A stretch of DNA of 64,000 bases, from contig CAZIDX010000004.1 in NCBI GenBank assembly GCA_964538435.1, forward strand, positions 769 through 64,768, written 5' to 3'. The DNA comes from an uncultured Gammaproteobacteria bacterium. Its GTDB lineage: Bacteria > Patescibacteriota > Patescibacteriia > UBA9934 > GWF2-40-263. A program made the position numbers and the translations under genes. The notes beneath the pieces are model-generated. The model saw only the letters and a program-made list of their open reading frames with translations, made no database searches and was not told the origin of the DNA. Each line of letters begins with the position of its first letter. Position 1 is the first letter of the stretch. This document shows positions 1 to 7,421 of this stretch, one piece after another.

Positions 1-115
1 CTCCATCGTAGTTCTCAACGCCGATAGATTACTAGAAAATCGAATAAATATCAAGTCTTTTGGGTGGATATATTTGCTCCCAAAAATACTGTGTTTATTG
101 TATCATGTACTTACT

Positions 116-1363
116 ATGAAAAAGACCCTTTTTACCCTTTTTGCGCTTGCGCTCTTGTTTTTTTCTCCTGGAGTTTCGCAAGCAGCAGAAGGCCTTAATC
201 TTTATTTCTTTTACGGAGACACCTGTCCGCATTGTGCGGCTGAGGAGGTGTATTTGGATGAGGTGCTTGAGGAGTATCCGCAGATTGAGCTGCATGCGTT
301 TGAGATTTATAAGGATCAGAGCAACGTTCGACTCTTTCAGCAGGTTGCAGAGAAGATAGATGCAGAAGCTACGGGAGTACCTTTTCTTGTGGTTGGTGAT
401 GAGGCGATTGTTGGGTATTTGGAGGGGCTGACAGATGCTGTTATTGATGAGCGTGTTGCGTTTTGTCTTGAGAATGAATGTCCAGACTCGGTTGCTGGCA
501 TGGTTGGTTTGGATGAGCCAGCAGTACCGACTTTGTATGAAGGTGATGGAGACGCAGAGCCGATGCTTGTTTCTGAAATAGAGGAGGAGGTTGAGGGGGT
601 TCAGGAGTCTAGTGTGCGGATGGTGAACCTTCCAATTTTGGGTGAGACAGACTTGGCTCAGTTTTCACTTCCTGTGCTTGCTGTGGTGATTGGTGTGCTC
701 GATGGGTTTAATCCGTGTGCGATGTGGGTACTGCTCTTTCTTATAAGCATGCTCCTCGGAATGGAGAATAAGAAGCGGATGTGGACGCTTGGAACTGTGT
801 TTATTGTTGCGTCTGCGGCAGTGTACTTTGTGTTCATGTCAGCATGGCTTAATCTGATTTTGTTCCTCGGTTTTGTTTTCTGGGTAAGGTTGCTTATCGG
901 TCTTCTTGCGCTTGGGGTGAGTGGTTATAACTTCAAAGAATACTTTTTCAACAAGGAGGCGGTTTGTAAGATTACAAAGGGGCAGAAGAGGCAGAAGGTG
1001 TTTGATAAAATCAAAACGATTATTTCTGAGAAGAGTTTCTGGATTGCGCTTGTGGGGATTGTCTTGCTAGCGTTTGCTGTGAATTTGGTTGAGCTTGTGT
1101 GTTCTGCTGGTCTGCCAGTGATTTTTACACAAATGCTAGCGCTCAATGATTTGTCTGCGTTTCAGCATTATCTCTACATTTTTATTTACATCTTGTTTTT
1201 CATGATCGATGATCTGATTGTGTTTTTTGTGGCTATGATCACACTTCATGTTACGGGAATAACCACAAAGTATACTCGGGCCTCACGGCTTATCGGTGGT
1301 GTTTTGATGCTTATTATCGGGCTGCTTATGTTGTTTAAGCCTGAGTGGCTCATGTTTGGATAA
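116..1363 (+). CDS. Exported thioredoxin domain (CPHC) fused to a CcdA/DsbD-family membrane thiol:disulfide transporter (DG-NPC motif); signal peptide MKKTLFTLFALALLFFSPGVSQA
   Basis: ORF 74..1363; internal Met at 116 begins a classic signal peptide; CxxC thioredoxin motif; multi-TM C-terminal half with 'DGFNPCAMW' CcdA-like motif. Confidence 0.7.
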   Translation: MKKTLFTLFALALLFFSPGVSQAAEGLNLYFFYGDTCPHCAAEEVYLDEVLEEYPQIELHAFEIYKDQSNVRLFQQVAEKIDAEATGVPFLVVGDEAIVGYLEGLTDAVIDERVAFCLENECPDSVAGMVGLDEPAVPTLYEGDGDAEPMLVSEIEEEVEGVQESSVRMVNLPILGETDLAQFSLPVLAVVIGVLDGFNPCAMWVLLFLISMLLGMENKKRMWTLGTVFIVASAAVYFVFMSAWLNLILFLGFVFWVRLLIGLLALGVSGYNFKEYFFNKEAVCKITKGQKRQKVFDKIKTIISEKSFWIALVGIVLLAFAVNLVELVCSAGLPVIFTQMLALNDLSAFQHYLYIFIYILFFMIDDLIVFFVAMITLHVTGITTKYTRASRLIGGVLMLIIGLLMLFKPEWLMFG

Positions 1364-1370
1364 GAGCAAG

Positions 1371-1396
1371 CTCCAGGTTGAGGCCTGGAGTTTTTC
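1371..1396 (+). terminator. Intrinsic terminator (ctccagg-ttgagg-cctggag + TTTTT) after the Trx-CcdA gene
   Basis: Perfect 7-bp stem followed by T-run immediately after the stop at 1363. Confidence 0.55.
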
Positions 1397-1706
1397 TATA
1401 CCAGGAAACCCCGCATGGAGGCGACCTCAAGGGCGCCGGAGTGCGGGGATGAATGGTGCCTGGAGCGAAGCGGAAGTTTTTGCATTCAAACGAATTTTTG
1501 TCATTCTGAAGGAGTCTGAGTTGACTGAAGAATCTCTCATGTTCACAGATCAGGAGATTCTTCGCTACGCTCAGAATGACAAAAATGTGTTTGAATGAAG
1601 CGTTGGAAACCCCGGATGGAGCCGCTAGGCGGAGTCCGGGGAGGATGTCATTGTATTGACAAAGCGCTTCTTTTGGTGCAATGTGTGCAGTCAGGAAGGA
1701 GGATTT

Positions 1707-2717
1707 GTGAGAATTATCCTGATCGGATTGCTGTTTTGTGCCTTGATTTGGGGATGTGAGCTTGAGGAAGGTTTCAACCCTCAAGATGACGATGTGGTCC
1801 AGGATGATGACGATTCGGCCGGAGACGACGATGACATTATCGAAGATGCGTGTCCGAATCCGGATGCTCAGATCAGGCTCGAGGCCGGGACATACGTGCT
1901 GGAGGGGCACGAGCTGGGCAACACAGAGTATATTCCGCAACTTCGACCTGAGAGCGAGCATGACTTCGATGGGCAGACGTGCATTGAAGAGTGTCGATTT
2001 CCTGGTTGTGGGTCCGAGCAGATTGGGCAGCACGAGATCATTGGTGATGGCTTGACCTATCGAATGGTTGAGTTCATTGCAGAGATGGCTCCGCAGCAGA
2101 TCGGACGGAGGCTTTGCACTGCTGCAGAACATCAGGCTGCCTCGGCTCTTCCTGAGAATCCTGCGTACGGGTATGGGGGCGCGTACCAGCAGTTAGCGTG
2201 TGACTCGTCACTGAGTCCGGTCTACTTGATCGGCGAGCTCGACAGTTGTGTGTCTGCGCTTGGATTGCGAGACGTGATGCACCGCGGGGAATGGGTGTTT
2301 ATCGACAAAGAGACAGCTGAGGCATATAACCAATGGTCCCATGATCATGGTTGGACTTGTCTTGGGCCTGAGAGCGAAAATGAGCCAGCGCTTATCGAAG
2401 AGGGGTGGCTTGCGGTCAGTGGGGGAACCAATGATCGTTGCGCAGAGGCCTTTTACGGCTGCTTCGTAAACTCGCTTCACTGGCATGTTCATACTGGAGA
2501 TCCGTTCTCGTATGGAGATCCTGATGTGGAGTATGACGACGACTCGCTCCGGTTCTGTGTGGACATTGACAGCCCGCCAAGCCAGGAGCAAGAGAAGCTT
2601 TACGAGCAGGTGCGAGCTTTGGCTCAGGAGGAGATTTCCTACGAACCCTTGCTCGAGGCTCTGGGGTGGTATAACCAGGCGATCTCAGCCAAAGTACCAA
2701 CGGCCGGTCATCACTAG
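1707..2717 (+). CDS. Hypothetical exported acidic protein (lipoprotein-like N-terminus, D-rich tract, Cys-containing)
   Basis: ORF 1656..2717; GTG at 1707 preceded by AAGGAGG (1696-1702); hydrophobic N-terminus LIGLLFCALIWGC; opposite-strand ORF 1350..2132 judged shadow. Confidence 0.5.
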   Translation: MRIILIGLLFCALIWGCELEEGFNPQDDDVVQDDDDSAGDDDDIIEDACPNPDAQIRLEAGTYVLEGHELGNTEYIPQLRPESEHDFDGQTCIEECRFPGCGSEQIGQHEIIGDGLTYRMVEFIAEMAPQQIGRRLCTAAEHQAASALPENPAYGYGGAYQQLACDSSLSPVYLIGELDSCVSALGLRDVMHRGEWVFIDKETAEAYNQWSHDHGWTCLGPESENEPALIEEGWLAVSGGTNDRCAEAFYGCFVNSLHWHVHTGDPFSYGDPDVEYDDDSLRFCVDIDSPPSQEQEKLYEQVRALAQEEISYEPLLEALGWYNQAISAKVPTAGHH

Positions 2718-2744
2718 ATGATCGGTTTTCTACTATTCAAAAAT

Positions 2745-2770
2745 CCGAGGCTTAACCTCGGACTTTATTA
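2745..2770. terminator. Bidirectional hairpin terminator (ccgagg-cttaa-cctcgg) between CDS 1707..2717 and tRNA-Arg
   Basis: 6-bp GC-rich stem with T-run on plus side and A-run (U-run on minus) on the other. Confidence 0.5.
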
Positions 2771-2775
2771 TTCGG

Positions 2776-2852
2776 TGGCGTACCTGGCAGGACTTGAACC
2801 TGCGACCTTTGGCTCCGCAAGCCAACGCTCTATCCAGCTGAGCTACAGGTAC
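2776..2852 (-). tRNA. tRNA-Arg, anticodon read as GCG (unusual)
   Basis: Reverse complement folds as canonical cloverleaf: 7-bp acceptor GTACCTG/CAGGTAC, D-arm GCTCAGCTGGATAGAGC (A20), anticodon stem TTGGC/GCCAA with loop TTGCGGA, T-arm GCAGGTTCAAGTCCTGC, discriminator G, CCA. Confidence 0.85.
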
Positions 2853-2857
2853 TCGGC

Positions 2858-3376
2858 TTACAGTTTATACAGTCTTCGCATGAGATCCGTCAAGTTTTCT
2901 TCGGTTCTGTCCATGTTTTCGTAGCAATAGTGCATGAGAGCCTCTCGGATTTCATTTGGATCATTGTCTTCTAGTGGAATGGAAAGAAGTGGTTGCCAAG
3001 GAGAGTGGAATTCGAAATAGAGGTACTTTACGTCTGGTGGATCATAGGCAATTGAGAAGTCCTGCAAGGCCTCGTAGTCGTAGTACATGTCACCCACAAC
3101 AACACCTGTGTTGGTAAGGATTACCGGGATGCGGTCAGGTGGCAGAAAAGTTGAGAGAAGGGTGATGATGCCGATCATGAGGATGATGACCGCAAACAGG
3201 AAGTTTGCTGTGGCAATGGAGTACATGATGAGGCCGACTCCAACAATTGCTCCTAATATATACCAATATTGTGAGCGTTTGTGGTGTGGGTATTCATCGA
3301 CTTCCCATTGAACAATTGGTGCACCAATCTCCATTGGGCTTATTTCTTGCTGTGCCATACGCGGGTATTTTAGCAT
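2858..3376 (-). CDS. Hypothetical membrane protein (two TM helices, bacterial PH-like)
   Basis: ORF 2858..3376; hydrophobic core YWYILGAIVGVGLIMYSIATANFLFAVIILMIGIITLL. Confidence 0.45.
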   Translation of the reverse strand: MLKYPRMAQQEISPMEIGAPIVQWEVDEYPHHKRSQYWYILGAIVGVGLIMYSIATANFLFAVIILMIGIITLLSTFLPPDRIPVILTNTGVVVGDMYYDYEALQDFSIAYDPPDVKYLYFEFHSPWQPLLSIPLEDNDPNEIREALMHYCYENMDRTEENLTDLMRRLYKL

Positions 3377-3433
3377 GTTTGGAAGGGGAATTGTAGGTTT
3401 TGTGAAGCTTGCACTCTTGACAAGTTCTCTGAT

Positions 3434-3463
3434 TTGAAGCAGTCAAGAATGCTACGATATTAT
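3434..3463 (+). promoter_or_regulatory. Putative sigma70 promoter (-35 ttgaag, -10 tattat) for the wHTH/Cas2-like gene
   Basis: Hexamers with 18-bp spacing ending ~30 bp before ATG 3495; repeat-A copy (3477-3494) lies between -10 and the start codon. Confidence 0.3.
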
Positions 3464-3476
3464 CATGGTCATTTAT

Positions 3477-3494
3477 ACGACGATCGACGGTTAT
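3477..3494. repeat. 18-bp direct repeat copy 1 (acgacgatcgacggttat), operator-like, abutting ATG of CDS 3495
   Basis: 16/18 identical to 4053..4070; contains CGATCG core. Confidence 0.5.
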
Positions 3495-4028
3495 ATGCCT
3501 AAGAAAGAATCAAGAAAACGTTCGATGAGTTTTTATTCAAGAGCTTCACAAATTTTGATGGGGATTTTTGAGTATGGAGATTTAGTAATTGAGAATATTC
3601 ATCAGCCAGGATTGGCTTTTCGATATGGGCTTGAGAACGCGATCGAGATTCGTGATTCTAAGGAAAAAGCTCTTCAAAAAAGAGAGCTTCGTCGGTTGGA
3701 AGAAAGGAGATTGGTGAAGATTGATAAAACTGCCAAGTTGTATGTTGTGCGTTTGAGTGATGATGGTTTATTGGAGGTTTTGAGGCAAAAAATTAACCAG
3801 GCATATCCATTACCAGACGGGAGGGATTGCATTGTGGTGTTTGATATTCCTGAGTCAAAAAGAAAGCTTAGGGATGGCTTGAGAAGGCTTTTAAAAGACG
3901 TCGGTTTTTTCTGTATTCAGAGAAGTGTTTGGATGTCTCCATTTGATGCTGGCGAGGCGTTCGCCGAGTTTTTTCGATTTGTTGGAAATGAAGACTGGGT
4001 TAGGGTATACACAGGGATAAGGCATTGA
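3495..4028 (+). CDS. Winged-helix (N-terminal) + Cas2/VapD-like (C-terminal) domain protein, PaaX-like architecture; putative regulator or toxin-like module
   Basis: ORF 3465..4028, ATG 3495 preferred; N-terminal 'RRLEERRLVKIDKTAKLYVVRLSDDG' helix+wing; C-terminal 'CIVVFDIPESKRKLRDGLRRLLKDVGFFCIQRSVWMSPFD' matches Cas2 beta1-alpha1-beta2 pattern. Confidence 0.5.
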   Translation: MPKKESRKRSMSFYSRASQILMGIFEYGDLVIENIHQPGLAFRYGLENAIEIRDSKEKALQKRELRRLEERRLVKIDKTAKLYVVRLSDDGLLEVLRQKINQAYPLPDGRDCIVVFDIPESKRKLRDGLRRLLKDVGFFCIQRSVWMSPFDAGEAFAEFFRFVGNEDWVRVYTGIRH

Positions 4029-4052
4029 GTTTTGAATTTTTGAGGCGCATAT

Positions 4053-4070
4053 GCGTCGATCGACGGTTAT
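4053..4070. repeat. 18-bp direct repeat copy 2 (gcgtcgatcgacggttat) containing 12-bp perfect palindrome cgtcgatcgacg, adjacent to 10-bp palindrome cgcatatgcg
   Basis: Direct comparison with 3477..3494. Confidence 0.5.
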
Positions 4071-4225
4071 GTGGTTGAGTTGGTTAATGTTTTGATTTAT
4101 GAAGATTAGTTGGTGAGGCTTTTGGTTTTGTGTTGACAGGGAGATGGGTGCAGGTTAATGTCTGAGAAATCGGAATTGGCATCCTGTGTGGGGTTCGGGA
4201 GTAACCCCGGGTGCGTGGAGTGGTT

Positions 4226-4417
4226 ATGGAACAGGTTGTGGTTTTCACGGCAGAAGACGAGAAGGTTGTCACGCTCGGTGAAAAGATCAGTGAGTGGCTC
4301 AGGACGCATCCGAATATCAGGATCACTGACAGGAAGCAGACCGAGTCGGCAGCCGGTAGTGAGTTGAGGAGAAGTCATTACGTGACGATCTCCATCTGGT
4401 ACATGGAGCCACTCTAG
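4226..4417 (+). CDS. Small hypothetical protein (63 aa)
   Basis: ORF 4211..4417; ATG 4226 (MEQVVVFTAEDEK...), purine-rich stretch upstream; followed by a strong terminator. Confidence 0.35.
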   Translation: MEQVVVFTAEDEKVVTLGEKISEWLRTHPNIRITDRKQTESAAGSELRRSHYVTISIWYMEPL

Positions 4418-4433
4418 GAAGAGTGATTCCACG

Positions 4434-4463
4434 AAGAGCTTTTGCTTCGGCAAAGCTCTTTTC
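4434..4463 (+). terminator. Intrinsic terminator (aagagcttt-loop-aaagctctt + TTTT) separating the small ORF from recG
   Basis: 9-bp perfect stem and T-run. Confidence 0.55.
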
Positions 4464-4489
4464 TAATTGATATGCTAAGATGCAATCGT

Positions 4490-6532
4490 ATGGCGATTCA
4501 CTTAACATCTTCTGTTTCTGAGCTTCCTGGAATCGGGGGAAAGGCTCTTGCGGCGCTTCGGTCGCTTGGGATTTCTTCTGTGCGAGACCTCTTATGGTAT
4601 GTGCCGTTTCGGTATGATGATTTTTCTGTTATTCGTGGAGCTGGTGAGGTGAAGGCTGGGGAGACTGTGACGGTGATTGGAGTAGTCCAATCGATTACGT
4701 CTCGGCCTGCGCAGAATCGTAAACTCAAGATTGTCGATGGGGTGATTGAGGATGAGACTGGGGAGCTTAAGGTGACTTGGTTTAATCAGGCCTATCTTGA
4801 GAAGACGCTTCCGCCTGGGACAAAGGTTGCGGTTGCTGGGCGCGTGGAAAATCGCTACGGGCTCTCGATGACCAGTCCGGTGATTGAGAAGAGAAAGGCA
4901 AGCGTGCACACTGGGCGCATTGTTCCAGTGTATGGCCTCACAGGTTCGCTTACGATGAGACGACTGCGCGATGCCATTCATGCTGCGCTCCCGGCTGCGA
5001 AGGAAATGACTGACTGGCTTCCTGAAGAGATTGCAAAGAAAGAAATTTTCCCGAGCTTGGCTGAGGCGATTCGGGCTGTGCATTTTCCTGAGACTCAGGC
5101 TGAGCTTACGTCTGCGATTGATCGCTTGAAGTTTGGTGAGCTGTTTTTGCATCAACTTATGTTTGCGCATGTGCGGCGTGAGCGAGAGAAAAAGTCTGCG
5201 CATTCGATTAGGCTTGATGAGGAGTTTTTGAAAGAGTTTGCTGCTGGTTTGCCGTTTGAGCTGACTAGCTCGCAGAAAAAAGCAATCTGGAGCACTGTGC
5301 AGGATACGGCTGGCAGTGAGCCAATGAATCGTTTGCTTGAGGGAGATGTTGGGTCTGGAAAAACAGTCGTGGCTGCGGCTGCGATTGCGAATGTGCTCAA
5401 GGGTGGGCTTACGGCCGTGTACCTTGCACCAACAGAGATTCTGGCCATGCAGCAGCATCAGGCGCTATCGAAGTTTTTGTCTGAGCCAGTGGGGCTTCTT
5501 ACACGCTCGCAGTCAAAGCTTGGGGAGGAAGAGATTGCAAAGACTGAGATCCTCGATCAGGCCAAGGGGCGATGCATTGTTGGAACGCATGCACTCCTTC
5601 AGGATAAAATTAAGATTGATGATGTCGCGCTTGTTGTGGTGGATGAGCAGCATCGTTTTGGTGTGGAGCAAAGGCATGCGCTACTTGAGACCGGAAACAA
5701 GCCATCGCCGCATCTTTTGTCAATGACAGCCACACCGATTCCGCGCTCACTATCACTTACAATTTTTGGAGACCTCGATCTGTCAGTACTCACTGAGATG
5801 CCGGTCGGGAGAAAGCCTGTAGCTACTGCGGTTGTTCCTCGAGCAGAGCAACAAGGAATGTGGACGCATGTGCTTGAGCAGGTCAAAGAGGATAGGCAAG
5901 TGTTTGTAGTGTGTCCGCTCATTGATCCATCAGACAAAATGGGAGCAAAGTCAGTAGCCGAGGTCGCACGCGAGCTTTCTAAAGGTCCTCTCAAGAGCCT
6001 CAAGATCGCGCAGCTTCATGGAAGGCTCAAAAGCGAGGAGAAGGAACAGGCGATCAAAAAGTTTCGCGATGGCAAGATCGACGTCCTTGTCTCTACAACG
6101 GTTGTTGAGGTAGGAGTGGATATTCCAAACGCGAGCGTGATGGTGATTGTTGGAGCAGATAGGTTTGGTTTGGCGCAACTGCATCAGCTTCGTGGGCGCG
6201 TTGGGCGTTCTGATATTCAGTCGTATTGTTATCTCTTGCCAGGGGAGGAGATGAGTGTGAATGGAGTGGAGAGGCTCAAAACCATGGAGGTAACCAACGA
6301 TGGGTTTAAGCTGGCAGAGAAAGATTTGGAGCTGCGTGGTCCAGGGAATATTTTTGGAAATGCGCAGTCAGGGTTTCCGGACTTTGTGCTGGCGACCGTG
6401 GCGGATGTGGAACTCATGTCCCGCGCGCGCGAGTGGTCAGGGAAGCTTCTTGGTGCTGATCCGGAGCTTGAGAGGCATCCTTTGATTAGGGATAGGGTAA
6501 AGAGGGAGTTTGATTCGGTTCATTTGGAATAA
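4490..6532 (+). CDS. recG: ATP-dependent DNA helicase RecG
   Basis: ORF 4442..6532; wedge domain, GSGKT Walker A, DEQHRFGV, TATPIPRSL, QLHGR, RGRVGR motifs; start 4472 or 4490. Confidence 0.9.
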   Translation: MAIHLTSSVSELPGIGGKALAALRSLGISSVRDLLWYVPFRYDDFSVIRGAGEVKAGETVTVIGVVQSITSRPAQNRKLKIVDGVIEDETGELKVTWFNQAYLEKTLPPGTKVAVAGRVENRYGLSMTSPVIEKRKASVHTGRIVPVYGLTGSLTMRRLRDAIHAALPAAKEMTDWLPEEIAKKEIFPSLAEAIRAVHFPETQAELTSAIDRLKFGELFLHQLMFAHVRREREKKSAHSIRLDEEFLKEFAAGLPFELTSSQKKAIWSTVQDTAGSEPMNRLLEGDVGSGKTVVAAAAIANVLKGGLTAVYLAPTEILAMQQHQALSKFLSEPVGLLTRSQSKLGEEEIAKTEILDQAKGRCIVGTHALLQDKIKIDDVALVVVDEQHRFGVEQRHALLETGNKPSPHLLSMTATPIPRSLSLTIFGDLDLSVLTEMPVGRKPVATAVVPRAEQQGMWTHVLEQVKEDRQVFVVCPLIDPSDKMGAKSVAEVARELSKGPLKSLKIAQLHGRLKSEEKEQAIKKFRDGKIDVLVSTTVVEVGVDIPNASVMVIVGADRFGLAQLHQLRGRVGRSDIQSYCYLLPGEEMSVNGVERLKTMEVTNDGFKLAEKDLELRGPGNIFGNAQSGFPDFVLATVADVELMSRAREWSGKLLGADPELERHPLIRDRVKREFDSVHLE

Positions 6533-6718
6533 GTTTCGCTTTCGCTCGAATTTTTCTACGGGAGCTTGGGGCGGCCACGAGGTCGTAGGTTAAAAACTCG
6601 CTGCAGATGTTTTTAACCTACGACCTCGAACGGCCGTTTGGCGTCCTGGGCCACTGGGTAGGGTGGTGTTACGACGCTTCGGCACATCGAGTGCCTCGCG
6701 TCGTCATCTTCATTGGGT
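6533..6718 (+). repeat. Family-1 structured interspersed repeat, copy 1 (two conserved hairpins: 6579-6627 and 6671-6704)
   Basis: Aligned by eye with 39821-40012 and 51311-51515; shared core 'ggggcggccacgaggtcgtaggttaaaaa...tttttaacctacgacctcgaacggccgtttggcgtcctgggcc'. Confidence 0.7.
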
Positions 6719-6730
6719 TCTGAGAAATGA

Positions 6731-6759
6731 TTGACACATAGTCCCAATAGGGCTATTCT
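6731..6759 (+). promoter_or_regulatory. sigma70-like promoter (-35 ttgaca, 17-bp spacer, -10 tattct) for NADAR gene
   Basis: Consensus -35, good spacing, GGAGGA RBS at 6768-6773. Confidence 0.45.
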
Positions 6760-6777
6760 TTTTTTCTGGAGGATGAA

Positions 6778-7281
6778 ATGCCGATCGAGATTCCTGGTGC
6801 GATTACTTCTTTTCGAGGAAGCTACCGGTTCCTCTCCAACTTCTACGGGCACAAGCCTGAGCACATCAAGTTCACTGTGGTGGTGGATGGGGTGGAGTTT
6901 CACACGAGTGAACATGGGTTCATGGCTTCCAAGACGACTGACTTGGAGACCAGGCGACTGATCCAGGCTATGCCTGGTGCGATGCAGGCCAAGATGTACT
7001 GGCATGATGAGAGCAAACAGCACCTGCTCCGCGAGGACTGGGATGAGATCAGGCTCTCGACCATGTTGGACATGCTTCGTCAGAAGTTTGCTCATCCGAA
7101 GCTTCAGCAGATGCTGCTTGACACAGGTAACGTGATCTTGATCGAGGGCAACAACTGGGGGGATACGTTCTTCGGTGTCGATGAGGAGACTGGAGAAGGG
7201 GAGAGCTGGCTTGGGCGTTTGCTCATGATGGTTCGCACTGAGCGCGCTCTGGAGGAGTATCTCAAACGGGTCGCTGCGTAG
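6778..7281 (+). CDS. NADAR / YbiA-like (DUF1768) N-glycosidase family protein
   Basis: Motifs FLSNFY, EFHTSEHGFMASK, NNWGDTFFG; GC content visibly higher than flanks. Confidence 0.8.
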   Translation: MPIEIPGAITSFRGSYRFLSNFYGHKPEHIKFTVVVDGVEFHTSEHGFMASKTTDLETRRLIQAMPGAMQAKMYWHDESKQHLLREDWDEIRLSTMLDMLRQKFAHPKLQQMLLDTGNVILIEGNNWGDTFFGVDEETGEGESWLGRLLMMVRTERALEEYLKRVAA

Positions 7282-7340
7282 CAGCGGCTTTTTCTGTGAC
7301 ACAAAAACTCGTAGGTACGAGAATCTGTGTCACGTTTTTG
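7272..7340 (+). terminator. Tandem hairpin terminators after NADAR gene (cgctgc-gta-gcagcg+TTTTT; gtgacaca...tgtgtcac+TTTTT)
   Basis: Two consecutive stems each followed by T-runs. Confidence 0.55.
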
Positions 7341-7388
7341 AAAAAAGTTTGCTAAGTTTAGTTAATAAAAATGTTGTTGGTTTATAAC

Positions 7389-7416
7389 AAAAAACACGTA
7401 TTTACGTGTCTTTTTT
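7389..7416. terminator. Bidirectional terminator (A6-acacgt-attt-acgtgt-T6) downstream of radA
   Basis: Hairpin flanked by A-run and T-run; radA stop at 7422. Confidence 0.55.
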
Positions 7417-7421
7417 GTTTC

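Noticed and set aside
1656-1706. ATG at 1656 as start of CDS ending 2717
   Set aside because: The -35 hexamer of the candidate promoter (1656-1661) overlaps it and a strong AAGGAGG RBS precedes GTG 1707; downstream start preferred
1350-2132. 260-aa ORF on minus strand
   Set aside because: Antisense shadow of the RBS-supported plus-strand gene 1707..2717; no start context, overlaps H1/H2 structured leader
4071-4109. 12-codon GTG ORF immediately after repeat copy 2
   Set aside because: Too short, no RBS; the GTG mirrors the ATG after copy 1 only as part of the repeated word
4592-5458. 288-aa minus-strand ORF inside recG
   Set aside because: Antisense to a confidently identified recG
6533-6718. 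Family-1 repeat as a known housekeeping ncRNA (RNase P RNA, tmRNA, SRP RNA, 6S) or tRNA
   Set aside because: Three near-identical copies, no P4/tRNA-like/SRP domain IV motifs, wrong size/architecture; treated as novel repeat instead
6613-7302. 229-aa ORF on minus strand
   Set aside because: Antisense to the NADAR gene, which has clear family motifs, promoter and RBS; long ORFs are expected by chance in GC-rich DNA
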